A stretch of DNA of 64,000 bases from a bacterium (GTDB lineage Bacteria > Electryoneota > RPQS01). A program made the translations under genes and the position numbers. A model generated the notes under the pieces. That model saw only the letters and a list, made by a program, of their open reading frames with translations, made no database searches and was not told where the DNA came from. Of this stretch, positions 30,890-41,445 are shown one piece after another. The stretch's first letter is position 1, and each line of letters opens with the position of its first letter. The stretch spans positions 13,174-77,173 of the forward strand of contig JAHJDG010000101.1 of the NCBI GenBank assembly GCA_018812265.1, given 5' to 3'.

Positions 30890-31612
30890 TCATTTGGCGG
30901 GCACGCGACTCGGAGACATCGTCAGCCGCTCAATCTCCTGCGGGGAGAGCTCTCTCCATTCTCCCGGGATGAGTTCCCCCAGTTCGAGATTTCCCACTTG
31001 AATACGGTGCAGACGAGTCACGCGCGCGCCCAGCGCCGCAGTCATTCGTCGGATCTGTCTCTTTCTTCCTTCGGCAAGAACGATGCAGAGCCGATGCTGA
31101 GAAACAGCCCGCGCCTCCAGCGCACGCGCGATACCATCTTCGAGCTCGATTCCCTTCGTCAAGCGGCGCACTCGCGACGCGGACAATGAAACATCCGTAT
31201 CCACCAGATAGGTTTTTCGCGTGCCGTGACGGGGGTGGGTGAGACGAAAGGCGAGTTCACCGTCATCCGTAACCAGAAGTAAACCGGAACTGTCTTTATC
31301 CAGGCGACCGATGGAGAAATAGCGACGGTCGGACGGAAGAATATCAAAGATGGTGTGGCCCTTTTCGCGACTCTTGCGGCGAGTGCAGAGGAATCCCGGC
31401 GGTTTGTGCAACATGAGAACGCGCGAAGATTGCAGAGGAGGAAGAAGAACGCCGTCGAGAGTGATTTTATCCCGCGCAGGCTCCGCGTGCGAGCCGGGCA
31501 CGGTTACGGTCACTCCATTGACAGCGACGCGGCCCGCGGCCATGAGCCGCTCGGCTTCGCGCCGCGAGGCAACGCCATGCCGGGCGAGGATTTTATGAAG
31601 TCGCTCCTTCAC
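30890..31612 (-). CDS. pseudouridine synthase, RsuA/RluB family
   Basis: N-terminal S4 domain (RLHKILARHGVASRREAERLMAAGRVAVNG) and catalytic GRLDKDSSGLLL motif. Confidence 0.85.
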   Translation of the reverse strand: MKERLHKILARHGVASRREAERLMAAGRVAVNGVTVTVPGSHAEPARDKITLDGVLLPPLQSSRVLMLHKPPGFLCTRRKSREKGHTIFDILPSDRRYFSIGRLDKDSSGLLLVTDDGELAFRLTHPRHGTRKTYLVDTDVSLSASRVRRLTKGIELEDGIARALEARAVSQHRLCIVLAEGRKRQIRRMTAALGARVTRLHRIQVGNLELGELIPGEWRELSPQEIERLTMSPSRVPAK

Positions 31613-31663
31613 CGTCGGTTTGAGCGATAGGTTCAGCCGGATTGCAGAACGATGGGCGGCGCG

Positions 31664-33058
31664 TCAGGAGACGGTGAGAACGTCCAACTTTTTCGATTTC
31701 TGCTGCCACTCCTCGATGGGAACGACGGGTTTTTCGCGGAGTCGCAGTTTACGTTTGCTGAAGAACGATTCCACCCGGAAGGTGATTTCCGCCACCTGAC
31801 CGTCTAAGGTGTTGACGTGGATGTCTTCCGACAAGTCTCCATAGAGGATACGCAGCAGTCGTTTGCCGGAGAGCAGGTGTCCGAGCAACGCCGCGTCGAA
31901 CGGGCGATCGGCGCCGTCGAGAATCAGTTCATTGTCCACATAAATGCGCAACAGACTGGCATCGAATTTCCGCAGATCGTCACTGGGCCGCACCGCGATA
32001 AATCCGTCTCCGGACAGTCTGACGTATTCGCCGACGACGGTGGCCGCAGGTTGGTCTTCGGTCAGGATGGTCGTAACCGATGCGGGAGTGCGGAAGCCCG
32101 CCACTTCGGCGAAGTCAATCCGGTGCTGCCCATAGGGGACGTCCATCGTCACTTGTCCGACACCAGCCGGTTTCGAGTCTACGCGAATTCCCGCCGCGAG
32201 GGGGGAAGTGGTTACAACCAGTTTCGGTTTCGGAAGCGTGAGATCGGGAAGCAGTTCGAAAGCGACGAGCTCATGTTGAGCATCGCGGGCGAGGGCGACG
32301 ACGATGCTGTCGGGTTTGGCGGTGAATCCGTCCCGTCGTGCACGGAATGAATAGATTCCCCGATCCAGTCCGCGGAACGTGTAAGGAGTGGCGCGGGTGG
32401 TCAATGCTCCGTTGACCCAGATTTCGGCATTCGGCGGCGTGGACGTAACCGTAATTTGTGTACCTTGCAGGGAACCGATATCTTCCTGATTCACCGGTTT
32501 GACGCCCGACGGTTTCCATTCGGCGTCGGCGCGCGTGATCCGTTCGCGAGATATTCCGGACGTAGAGAAATCCACCAAACGGCGAGTCGGCCTCAGAATG
32601 GCGGGCGGAATGGCATGGACCGGTTCGCCGGTGCTGAAGACCTCCTGCCGAACCGCCCGGAGGGGCGGGATGGTGTCCTGCGGAACAACCGGCTCGGGTT
32701 CGTGCAGATTGAATCGAACAAGTTTCGCGCCACCGGACAGGACTTCAATCACGGCAAACTCGGGATCCGAGACCAGTCCCATTTTTCGAACGGTAATGAT
32801 TTTTCTACCGGCCTTCACCTGAATGGTAGTGTCGGTGGTGAAGCCGGTTTGCATTCCGCCGACGAGGATATCCGCACCGGGAACGGAGGTCGTCACACGC
32901 ACTGATCCGGTTCCCCTGGCACTGTAATTCAGAACCACATAGGCTGCGATGGCGATGACCAGCAGCGGGAGAAATATCTTGAGGAGCGCGCCGAGAATCG
33001 CGACCGCCGAGGCCGATCCGCGATGAGTCGTTCGGGTGGTTCGCCTGCTACGTCTCAC
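31664..33058 (-). CDS. membrane-anchored PEGA-domain protein
   Basis: Single N-terminal TM helix followed by repeated PEGA-like beta modules. No enzymatic motif. Confidence 0.5.
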   Translation of the reverse strand: MRRSRRTTRTTHRGSASAVAILGALLKIFLPLLVIAIAAYVVLNYSARGTGSVRVTTSVPGADILVGGMQTGFTTDTTIQVKAGRKIITVRKMGLVSDPEFAVIEVLSGGAKLVRFNLHEPEPVVPQDTIPPLRAVRQEVFSTGEPVHAIPPAILRPTRRLVDFSTSGISRERITRADAEWKPSGVKPVNQEDIGSLQGTQITVTSTPPNAEIWVNGALTTRATPYTFRGLDRGIYSFRARRDGFTAKPDSIVVALARDAQHELVAFELLPDLTLPKPKLVVTTSPLAAGIRVDSKPAGVGQVTMDVPYGQHRIDFAEVAGFRTPASVTTILTEDQPAATVVGEYVRLSGDGFIAVRPSDDLRKFDASLLRIYVDNELILDGADRPFDAALLGHLLSGKRLLRILYGDLSEDIHVNTLDGQVAEITFRVESFFSKRKLRLREKPVVPIEEWQQKSKKLDVLTVS

Positions 33059-33837
33059 ACTAAATTCGTCCCTGTTGGTTGGCGCGGCTCTTCGGTGCCG
33101 CGCTTCAGAATAGGAGCCAGAAGATCTATCGGTACCGGGAATATTGTTGTCGTGTTATTTTCGGACGCCACCTCAACCAGCGTCTGGAGAAAGCGAAGCT
33201 GGATCGCCACCGGGTGGCGCTCGATGATGGCGGCGGCGGCGGTGAGTTGATCGGCGGCCTGACGTTCACCTTCAGCGGCGATAATCTTGGCTCGCCGCTC
33301 ACGTTCGGCTTCGGCCTGACGAGCCATCGCCCGCTTCATCTCCTGAGGCAAATCCACGTGTTTAACTTCGACCAGCGCGACCTTGATGCCCCACGGCTCG
33401 GTTGACTGATCAATGATCGTTTGGAGTTGATCGTTGATTTTATCGCGTTTGGCCAACAGCTCGTCCAATTCCACCTGACCGAGAACACTCCGCAACGTCG
33501 TTTGCGAGAGCTGACTGGTGGCAAACAGGTAGTTTTCCACCTCGATGATCGCCTTCTCCGGATCCAAGACGCGGAAGTACACGACCGCGTTGACCTGCAG
33601 CGAGACGTTGTCGCGGGTGATTACATCCTGCGTAGGGACATCGAAAACGACGGTACGCAGACTGACTTTGACCATGCGATCGGCGATGGGAATCAACAGG
33701 ATCAGCCCGGGTCCCTTGACGCCGATACAGCGTCCCAAACGGAAGATCACGCCACGTTCGTACTCATTCAGGATGCGAACTGCGGAGATCAGGATGAACA
33801 GAAGGAAGACGACAACAAATATGTACAGCGGAAGCAT
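33055..33837 (-). CDS. SPFH/band-7 (stomatin-like) protein
   Basis: Conserved SPFH core ([12 protein letters not shown]...[17 protein letters not shown]) with Ala/Glu-rich coiled coil. Confidence 0.85.
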   Translation of the reverse strand: MLPLYIFVVVFLLFILISAVRILNEYERGVIFRLGRCIGVKGPGLILLIPIADRMVKVSLRTVVFDVPTQDVITRDNVSLQVNAVVYFRVLDPEKAIIEVENYLFATSQLSQTTLRSVLGQVELDELLAKRDKINDQLQTIIDQSTEPWGIKVALVEVKHVDLPQEMKRAMARQAEAERERRAKIIAAEGERQAADQLTAAAAIIERHPVAIQLRFLQTLVEVASENNTTTIFPVPIDLLAPILKRGTEEPRQPTGTNLV

Positions 33838-33854
33838 CGTTCTCTCTCCTTTGG

Positions 33855-35159
33855 TTACGACGCCGGGTTTTCTGGCCGATCCACCGGTTCGACTTTCAGA
33901 ATCATGCCTTCGATTCCCACAACGCGAACTTGCGTACCGGGTGCAAGCTCACGCGCGGACATGGCGTCCCACCATTCGCCGTGAATCTGAATCTTGCCTT
34001 TGGGAGCCAGAGCTGTGGCGACCGTCCCGATCTCGCCCACCAATCCCTCTTTGCCGGTAGTCACCTTGCGGCTTTGAGCTCTGAGACCCATTCCCACCAC
34101 AAACACGAAAAACAGCGCGGTAATGATGGACGCCGGAATAATAAGTTCGAGACCCACGTGCACTCCCGTTTTCACAGGTTCAAAGAGCATAAGTGATCCG
34201 AGGATCATCGCGACTATGCCACCCACGCTAAGCAGGCCGTAGCTGGTGACCTTGATTTCGAGGATGAACAAGATGATGCTCAGGAAGATGAGCAACAATC
34301 CGGCCCAATTCAACGGCAACAAATGAAGACTGTAAAACGCCAGAATCAGCGACAAGCTCCCGACAACTCCGGGGAGGATCGCACCCGGATTGTAGAGCTC
34401 GAAGAACAGGCCGTAAATCCCCAATAACAAGAAGATGTATGCAATATTAGGATCGGCAATTACGCTGAGAATCTTGAGCCGGAGGCCCATTGACGTGCGG
34501 CGGATTTCCGCTCCCGCCGTATGCAATGTGTCAGAGATACCATCAATTGATATGACACGGCCGTCCAGAAAGAGGAGCAGACTGTCCGGAGAACTCGAGA
34601 TCGTGTCGATAACTCCCAACGCGAGAGCTTCCGATTCGGTGGCCGAAATGCTCTCGCGAACGGCTCGTTCGGCCCATTCGACGTTACGCCCGTTGTGTTC
34701 CGCCAACGTCCTGGCAAAGGCGGCGGCGTCATTGGTGGCTTTGTCGGACATGACTTTCGAGGTATCGCCGCCGCCAATCCCGCCGATTCCGACGGGATGC
34801 GCAGCGCCGATATTGGTTCCATGCGCCATCACGGCAAAGTGGGCGGCGAGAGTGATAAAGACCCCTGCCGAACCCGCTCGCGCCCCAGAGGGAGCTACGT
34901 ACACCACGACTGGCACCTTAGCAGCCAAGATGTCTTTGCAGATCAGGCGAGTCGAGGACAGCAGACCTCCCGGCGTATCGAGTTCGATCACGAGGGCTTC
35001 GGCGTGTTGTTCCTCCGCCTTCTTCAGGGCTTCGCCGATCATTTCGTAGGCCACCGGTCCGATGGCGCCATCCAGAGTCAGCCACTCCACGTGAGATGCC
35101 GTCGCGATTCTCGCGACCGCGGTCAGGCAGAATAGGGAGACGATCAGAGTAGTGCGCAT
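33855..35159 (-). CDS. NfeD-family membrane-bound ClpP-class serine protease
   Basis: ClpP-like N-domain, central TM bundle and C-terminal OB domain. Classic pairing with the adjacent stomatin gene. Confidence 0.8.
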   Translation of the reverse strand: MRTTLIVSLFCLTAVARIATASHVEWLTLDGAIGPVAYEMIGEALKKAEEQHAEALVIELDTPGGLLSSTRLICKDILAAKVPVVVYVAPSGARAGSAGVFITLAAHFAVMAHGTNIGAAHPVGIGGIGGGDTSKVMSDKATNDAAAFARTLAEHNGRNVEWAERAVRESISATESEALALGVIDTISSSPDSLLLFLDGRVISIDGISDTLHTAGAEIRRTSMGLRLKILSVIADPNIAYIFLLLGIYGLFFELYNPGAILPGVVGSLSLILAFYSLHLLPLNWAGLLLIFLSIILFILEIKVTSYGLLSVGGIVAMILGSLMLFEPVKTGVHVGLELIIPASIITALFFVFVVGMGLRAQSRKVTTGKEGLVGEIGTVATALAPKGKIQIHGEWWDAMSARELAPGTQVRVVGIEGMILKVEPVDRPENPAS

Positions 35160-36589
35160 TATTCTTTCGCGCTCCTAAGAGACTCCGTCACGGTTCGGAG
35201 AAAGTCCTTCTCATCGGGGTCCACCATTGTCCGCACATCAAACCAGACAACATCCTGGCGGACGGTTCCGATCACGGGTATTTCTGCGAGACGCAGCTTG
35301 GCCACCCAAGCGCCGGCGGTGATTCCGGCCGGCAGTGCGCAGATGGCTCGACTGGGAAGGCTCACGGCGGGAAGAGTTCCCGAACCGGCTTCGGATTCAC
35401 AGGGACGGATTTCGAGAATCTGCCACTCACCCAGTTCTTTCAGGCGCTGCAGAAGTCGCCCTGCGCGAGTTTCAAGAACTTCAATGGGCGTCGTGAGCAT
35501 GTTCCAGACGGGAACGGTTTCCGCGACCCGACGACGGTCGAGAAAGGCGCGCAACGTGGCGGCCATCGCGGCCAGACACAATTTGTCCACTCGCAGAACG
35601 CGCGCCAGCGGACTCCGCCGCAGCTGCTTCACAAGATCTTTCCGGCCCACTATAATGCCTGCCTGCGGACCGCCCAGAACCTTGTCACCGGAAACAAGGA
35701 CCAGATCAACTCCCGCGTCCAAGCTGGCACGCACGTTCTCTTCGGCAGGCAAGCCCCACTCCGTCCAATCGAAGAGTAATCCGTTGCCGAGATCCTCGAC
35801 GACCGTCAGATTACGCTCCCGTCCCAATGCGACCAAGTCCGCCACCGAGACCGACTCCGTAAAGCCGACAATGCGGTAGTTGGACGGGTGTGCGCGCAGG
35901 AGCAGCGCGGTTTTCGTGGTGATCGCTTCGCGGTAATCCGAGATTCGCGTCCGATTGGTGGTTCCCACCTCGACCAGGCGAACGCCGGATCGCTGCATGA
36001 TGTCGGGCAGCCGAAAACTTCCGCCGATCTCGATCAGTTGCCCGCGGGACGCAATGACTTCGCGGCGATGAGCGAGTGCGTTGAGTGTGAGGTAGAGCGC
36101 AGCGGCGTTGTTGTTCACCACCAAGGCCGCTTCCGCTCCCGTCAGCAGACGGAGGAGATCCTCGACGTGTTCCTGTCGCTCGCCGCGTTCGCCGCTTCGC
36201 AGATTGATTTCGAGATCGCAGTAGCCAATGGCCTCACGCAGCGCATTCGCTGCATCGGCGGAGAGCGGCGCGCGGCCTAAGCCGGTGTGAAGAATCACGC
36301 CGGTGGCGTTGATGCATCGTCGCGGGCCGGTATGGCGGATTTGTTCCAGCCGTTCGATGACCGATCGCGCCAGCCGATCCGCAGAGGGAGCGCTCTTCGC
36401 GGATGAGACTTTGGTGCGCGCTGCCGCGATAGCTTCCCGAATGAGAACCGTCAGAATGGCGGGCGAGACGTTCGCCGCAGCGTCGCGCAGCAAGGGATGT
36501 GCGAGCAGCGTATCCACGGCCGGCAAAGTCCGGCGAGGGTCGTCGTTTGCTCCCACCGCTACAGCGTCGTCTCCAAGCTGAGCCGCCAT
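35159..36589 (-). CDS. selA: L-seryl-tRNA(Sec) selenium transferase (selenocysteine synthase)
   Basis: CINATGVILHTGLGRAPL, VVNNNAAALYL, EIGGSFRLPDIMQRSG, SGDKVLGGPQAGIIVG blocks align with SelA. ORF track start is 36631; internal Met 36589 avoids overlapping the upstream gene. Confidence 0.9.
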   Translation of the reverse strand: MAAQLGDDAVAVGANDDPRRTLPAVDTLLAHPLLRDAAANVSPAILTVLIREAIAAARTKVSSAKSAPSADRLARSVIERLEQIRHTGPRRCINATGVILHTGLGRAPLSADAANALREAIGYCDLEINLRSGERGERQEHVEDLLRLLTGAEAALVVNNNAAALYLTLNALAHRREVIASRGQLIEIGGSFRLPDIMQRSGVRLVEVGTTNRTRISDYREAITTKTALLLRAHPSNYRIVGFTESVSVADLVALGRERNLTVVEDLGNGLLFDWTEWGLPAEENVRASLDAGVDLVLVSGDKVLGGPQAGIIVGRKDLVKQLRRSPLARVLRVDKLCLAAMAATLRAFLDRRRVAETVPVWNMLTTPIEVLETRAGRLLQRLKELGEWQILEIRPCESEAGSGTLPAVSLPSRAICALPAGITAGAWVAKLRLAEIPVIGTVRQDVVWFDVRTMVDPDEKDFLRTVTESLRSAKE

Positions 36590-38097
36590 CCGGTGAACGG
36601 TTGTACCTGACGGCAGACACCATTCGAGCATTTGAGTCCTCCCCGCTCGCGGCCATAGAAAAGACCAATGCGATGTTTGCCACGCCCCAGAGTGGTGGCG
36701 ATCTCCGCGGACGGCCAGCCATCCCCTTCGCGCTCTTTCAATTCCTTGTCGTTCGACATCTCATATTGGAGCGACACCGACAAGGAGCGTCCGTCGAACC
36801 AACCGAGGCCGATCAGTTGATCCGTGAATTCTTCGTCGGCGCGTCTGGGATGCGTGATAAGGAGTGTTTCGCTATGAATCTCCAACTCCTGTGATCCTCT
36901 CAGTGGAGTCGTGAATTTCAGCCAGCCCCACTTCCGCTTCCGCCAGACTCCAAACGCGTCTTCGTTGGCTCCCAGTTCGACAAAGAGACTCCTTGCGCCC
37001 GGTAGAGATTGCTCTGCATTCACGAAGAACTCCCAGAACGGATCATCCGCTTCCTGCAACGTCGGACGGGGAATCCCGCCTTGATGCTTGGCATGGCTGC
37101 TGGAAAGGTTGTAGTGCAGAGTCGTGAAGGTCGTGGACGTTGCTTGTCCGGAAAGTTCGACTTGATATCCAACTTCATCGGCCGGTCGCAGAACGTGCGG
37201 TTCACGGGTTTGAAGAAGCCGCGGCCCAAGTTCCCGATAGACCGTAGGCGGACTTTGAAAGGGAGTCAGGATCACATAGTGATAGTCTTTGTACTCGGCG
37301 AGCAGCGACCAACCGCATTTGCTGACCACGCCCCCGAGGTAGGTTGCATGTCCTTCAGATGATTTCGGTGACAGCACACTCTCACTCCAAGCGCGTTCCC
37401 CATAGAACGTGAAGGCCCCCCGTGACAGTCGCCAGTCGAAACCTGAGATATGGGTCTCCCGGTAGGCTCCGCTGTCCACGAAAAGATAGTTGAAACCCAG
37501 CGCCTGCCCTCCAAAGCGGAGATTCACGCGGCTTCCCGAAACGTCCGCTTCCTCGACGTAGATGCCTTTTTGCGACGATCCGTGCAGCAGGGTTATGAAC
37601 AGCGGTTCGCTCTTCAGTGCGACATGCACTCCATCCAACTCGGTATCGAAATACAGGTCGCGATTTTCATAGGAACTGAAAGCGAGGCCGTGTGCCCAGA
37701 TATCGCTGAAATCACCCCCCCGGATCGTGAAGGGCCAGAGAGTGGCCTCGATGTATCGTTTATCAATTGTGCTCACGTCTGCGAGGCCGTCACGATAAAT
37801 ATCTTCGTCGGAGGGACGGAAATGCAGGAAACGGCCGCCGACCCGCAGGTTGCCATAATATACATCGAGTCGAAGGCGGTTTTCCACAAAACGACGCGCG
37901 ATGGTGTTATCGGGATATTCACTTTCCGGGAGACGCGAGTCCACCTCATCTCCTTCATCCCATCGCAGATAATTGGAGCCCTCCACCGTCGCTTCGGTTT
38001 CGGAATCTTGTGCACCGGATGGGACTGCCCAGACCAGCAGCAGAACCAGCAGAAGCGTGAGCCGTTTATTCACCGTCCGCTCCCAGGAGTATGTCAA
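36559..38097 (-). CDS. predicted outer-membrane beta-barrel protein (hypothetical)
   Basis: Signal peptide, alternating amphipathic beta strands, C-terminal aromatic residue pattern. No named family recognised. Confidence 0.45.
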   Translation of the reverse strand: MTYSWERTVNKRLTLLLVLLLVWAVPSGAQDSETEATVEGSNYLRWDEGDEVDSRLPESEYPDNTIARRFVENRLRLDVYYGNLRVGGRFLHFRPSDEDIYRDGLADVSTIDKRYIEATLWPFTIRGGDFSDIWAHGLAFSSYENRDLYFDTELDGVHVALKSEPLFITLLHGSSQKGIYVEEADVSGSRVNLRFGGQALGFNYLFVDSGAYRETHISGFDWRLSRGAFTFYGERAWSESVLSPKSSEGHATYLGGVVSKCGWSLLAEYKDYHYVILTPFQSPPTVYRELGPRLLQTREPHVLRPADEVGYQVELSGQATSTTFTTLHYNLSSSHAKHQGGIPRPTLQEADDPFWEFFVNAEQSLPGARSLFVELGANEDAFGVWRKRKWGWLKFTTPLRGSQELEIHSETLLITHPRRADEEFTDQLIGLGWFDGRSLSVSLQYEMSNDKELKEREGDGWPSAEIATTLGRGKHRIGLFYGRERGGLKCSNGVCRQVQPFTGWRLSLETTL

Positions 38098-38563
38098 TTC
38101 GCGCGGTCAAGGTTTCCGTTCTTTTCAGTATTCCCCGGATCTTCTCCACCGGCATACCGTCCCGATCCAGCAGCACCATATAGGGCAGATTCGTCCCCCC
38201 GTATCGCTTCAACACGGATCCGGTCGGATCCAGCAGCACACGCCATCCATAGCGCTTTGCATCCATGTAGGGTTTGACGCGAGACTGAGTGCGGGGCGTG
38301 TCTTCCGACACGAGCAGGACCTGAACGCCCTTGTCTTGGTACGAGTCAAACAGATCCCGATGCTGGTCCATCTCCTTCTTACAGGGGACACACCAAGTCG
38401 CCCAGAAAACGAGCAGGACCGGAGCGCTGCCGCGAACCGAAGCCAGTCGGAATGTCTCGCCCTGTGTATCAACGAGAGACCAATCGCGGCTGTCGGAAGT
38501 TGCCAGAGTGGCGGTTCCAAGTGCAAAGAGGAGGACGGCTGCCGTTCGAAGCGAGAGTTTCAT
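38066..38563 (-). CDS. TlpA/ResA-like thiol-disulfide oxidoreductase (thioredoxin fold)
   Basis: Signal peptide. WATWCVPCKKE CxxC active site. Confidence 0.8.
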   Translation of the reverse strand: MKLSLRTAAVLLFALGTATLATSDSRDWSLVDTQGETFRLASVRGSAPVLLVFWATWCVPCKKEMDQHRDLFDSYQDKGVQVLLVSEDTPRTQSRVKPYMDAKRYGWRVLLDPTGSVLKRYGGTNLPYMVLLDRDGMPVEKIRGILKRTETLTARIDILLGADGE

Positions 38564-38579
38564 GGAGCTCCTCAGAGGT

Positions 38580-40055
38580 TCAACGTGCGCGCATCGGACC
38601 GGCACTACCGGCAACACTCCCGTTCCAGGGCCTTAGGAAACGCGAGGCAGATCCGGCGGACAAGTCGTCGAGCAAAAGGCGGTGAGTGATGATCTCGCTG
38701 GGATTATCGGCCGGAAAAACGGACACATCGAGCGTGTAGTCGCCGACAATTGGCGAAGAAACCGTTTGTCCCGTCTGCCTGTCTTTCACGATATTATAGA
38801 TACTGAATTTGACTCCCGAGTCCACCTGCATGGCGTAGAATTGCGCCGTGTATGCAACGCGGCCGGTATCCGGCTGGGTACAGGTGGGACCGACGCAGAG
38901 ACTCAACAGTCGGTTTGTCTCGGGGAATTCCACAGGAACAAGATTGAATACAAAGGAACGGGGCACGGCAAGACGGTTAATAAGAGTGGCGTGGAAATCA
39001 TAGTTTGAGTCGCCGTTGGTGTACCCGATTACCGTCTCGCGCATATCAAGCGAGAACGTCTCGGTCTGCCCTTCACCGATCAGCGCGGCAATTTGCTGAC
39101 GCAGTTCGGGTTCGGTTACTCCTCCACGCGCCATCCGGACCCGGCCCTTTTGGTCAATCAGGAAATTGGCGGGCATGGTGGTGACTCCATACGCCGTCTT
39201 GACAGACTGGGCCGCATCATGGAGCAGCGGGAACGTAAGTCCGAGCGACGGATGTTCATCGCGGAAGCGGGCGAAGGTGCGGAAGATATCAACGAAGTCC
39301 ACACCGAGAACCAGTACTTTCCCTTCATAGGCGGGATCGTCATAGACGGATTGAATATGCGGAAATTCCTCGATACAGCCGGTGCAGTTGGAGAAAAAGA
39401 ACGTGACGAGTACCACTTGACCGCGATAATCCTGCAGGCGGTATCGGGTACTATCCCAATCCGAGGCGAGATCAAATACGGGCGCGAGATCGCCGGGTTC
39501 GTGACCTTCGGAAACCGAAACGAAGACGGGAGAAAGAGCGGTCGGCTCACCGGCCGATACCGTGATCGTCCACGGCGCCGGAAACTCGGTGGTATGTCCG
39601 GGCAGATAGGCCGACACACGAAACGTGCCCAATCCCAATCCCCAGAAAAGGGTGGGCGGATCCATCGCCGTCGGAACCGTGCCTACGGGAATATTGTTGA
39701 TGAGGAGAAGCGTGCCATCCGGCGCACCGGCAAAATCAATGGACCCGGAATTTGCAATCGTGGTGATGAGTGCCACCGTATCCGTTCGGTTAGCCACCAC
39801 GTCTATCGTCACAGCGGTGTCCACGAAACCGGGTTTGAACGCGGAAATTCGATGAAGACCGACGGACAATCCGGTCAACGTTGCGGGAGTTTTTCGCGAA
39901 GTTTCTCTCCCGTCAACCCGGATCGCAGCGCCCCTGACGGTGTCCGAGCTGTCGGGATTGTCGGAGAGAGTGACGCGCACGGATCCGGTTTGCGGCGGAA
40001 GAGTCTCTTCGATTTCGCAACCGCTTAGAAGTATGGCCCATCCGGCAAGCAGCAT
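38580..40055 (-). CDS. lipoprotein with N-terminal PEGA domain fused to a redoxin/TlpA-like thioredoxin-fold domain
   Basis: Lipobox LLSGC (start taken at MLLAGWAILLSGC). PEGA-like module. Central VVLVTFFFSNCTGCIEEFP CxxC redoxin motif. Confidence 0.6.
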   Translation of the reverse strand: MLLAGWAILLSGCEIEETLPPQTGSVRVTLSDNPDSSDTVRGAAIRVDGRETSRKTPATLTGLSVGLHRISAFKPGFVDTAVTIDVVANRTDTVALITTIANSGSIDFAGAPDGTLLLINNIPVGTVPTAMDPPTLFWGLGLGTFRVSAYLPGHTTEFPAPWTITVSAGEPTALSPVFVSVSEGHEPGDLAPVFDLASDWDSTRYRLQDYRGQVVLVTFFFSNCTGCIEEFPHIQSVYDDPAYEGKVLVLGVDFVDIFRTFARFRDEHPSLGLTFPLLHDAAQSVKTAYGVTTMPANFLIDQKGRVRMARGGVTEPELRQQIAALIGEGQTETFSLDMRETVIGYTNGDSNYDFHATLINRLAVPRSFVFNLVPVEFPETNRLLSLCVGPTCTQPDTGRVAYTAQFYAMQVDSGVKFSIYNIVKDRQTGQTVSSPIVGDYTLDVSVFPADNPSEIITHRLLLDDLSAGSASRFLRPWNGSVAGSAGPMRAR

Positions 40056-40095
40056 CAGCGCCACTTGGGACAGCAGCACAGGAACAATGACGCTT

Positions 40096-40611
40096 CTATG
40101 AATGGAGAGTCTCAACGGTTCGGCCTGCATGTCTGATGATGAATTGACGGTGTATGTCAAAGGCGATCGGCGGCAATCGCAGCGGATCGAAGAAGTCAAC
40201 TTCGTCGGCATCTCCGCCGGGAATCAAGTCTCCCGAGACGGATTGAACCTGATAGCATACCACCAGCACGTCACCATAGTACCCCCCCAGATAGGTGGCA
40301 ACGTCAACGACTCGTTCCGGACGGCAGTTCAAGCCGGTTTCCTCGTGAATCTCGCGGACAACCGCCTCCACGGCGGTTTCACCGGCTTCGATGAAACCTC
40401 CGGGAAGACTCCACTGACCGATTCCGGGTTCAATGTTGCGTTTCACGAGCAGCAGGCGGCCCTCCCGCTCGAGGATGACCGCGACGGAAGGAATCGGATT
40501 TAAATAAACGACGTGCCCACACTGAGTACAGACGGGCCGCGGACGACCATCGCACTCCGACATGCCGAGAGATCCACCGCACTGGGAGCAATACTTCGGG
40601 TGTGGCGTCAT
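40096..40611 (-). CDS. NUDIX hydrolase with N-terminal zinc ribbon
   Basis: CSQCGG...CTQCGH zinc ribbon. Nudix box GGFIEAGETAVEAVVREIHEETGL. Confidence 0.85.
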   Translation of the reverse strand: MTPHPKYCSQCGGSLGMSECDGRPRPVCTQCGHVVYLNPIPSVAVILEREGRLLLVKRNIEPGIGQWSLPGGFIEAGETAVEAVVREIHEETGLNCRPERVVDVATYLGGYYGDVLVVCYQVQSVSGDLIPGGDADEVDFFDPLRLPPIAFDIHRQFIIRHAGRTVETLHS

Positions 40612-40641
40612 ATCAATTGTCCGTCGCCTCGCGGAACTTCA

Positions 40642-41433
40642 TCAGACTTCCAACGCAGAATCGGAATCGGTACCGATCGCCGGCAACAATCCCAGCTTCA
40701 TGGCGGTTCTGGCCGCGGCTCGCTGTTCGGCGGAGCGTTTCGTCTTACCTTCGCCGCGTCCGTGAACCACTCCATTGATGAGGACTTCGACCACGAACAT
40801 CTTCTCATGATCCGGGCCGGATTCCTCACGCAGTGCATACACGGGTGCAGACCACTGTTGGGCTTGAACATGCTCGAGAATCAGGCTCTTGTAGTTGACG
40901 TACTCCTTTTGCCTTACGATCTCCCGCCAACCGCCCAAGAGATGATCCTCCACGAACTCACGGGCGGCATCCCGCCCACCGTCAAGATAGATGGCTCCCA
41001 CCAGCGCTTCAAAGGCATCTTCCAGAATGGAGGGACGATCCCGACCACCGGTTCGCTCTTCGTTCGGACTCAAGAGGATGTAGTTGCCCAATTCGATTTT
41101 GCGAGCGGTGCGAACGAGAACCGAGCCGCTGGCGATGATCGAGCGCAGCTTGGTCAGTTCCCCCTCGGCCATGTCGGGAAAGAGCCGGTAGAAATACTCG
41201 GCGATGATGAAGTCCAAGACGGCGTCGCCGAGAAACTCGAGTCGTTCGTTAGACTCGGACCGATCCTCGTTCAGAATCGGCAACATGGACCGGTGTTTGA
41301 GTGCGGCCACCAGCAAGGATTTGTCACGAAACCGATATCCGATGGAGGATTGCAGCATTCGCACGCGTTGGAGGATTTCACGCGGGATTCGGCGATGCTT
41401 GCGTCCGAGGATAGCGGCGACCCAGGAAATCAT
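40642..41433 (-). CDS. rnc: ribonuclease III
   Basis: ERLEFLGDAVLD catalytic signature and C-terminal dsRBD. Confidence 0.9.
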   Translation of the reverse strand: MISWVAAILGRKHRRIPREILQRVRMLQSSIGYRFRDKSLLVAALKHRSMLPILNEDRSESNERLEFLGDAVLDFIIAEYFYRLFPDMAEGELTKLRSIIASGSVLVRTARKIELGNYILLSPNEERTGGRDRPSILEDAFEALVGAIYLDGGRDAAREFVEDHLLGGWREIVRQKEYVNYKSLILEHVQAQQWSAPVYALREESGPDHEKMFVVEVLINGVVHGRGEGKTKRSAEQRAAARTAMKLGLLPAIGTDSDSALEV

Positions 41434-41445
41434 CGAATCCTTGAC

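Noticed and set aside
38066-40055. Possible selenoprotein among the two thioredoxin-fold genes next to selA
   Set aside because: Both active sites read CxxC (WCVPC and NCTGC), with no in-frame TGA. So no evidence for Sec here.
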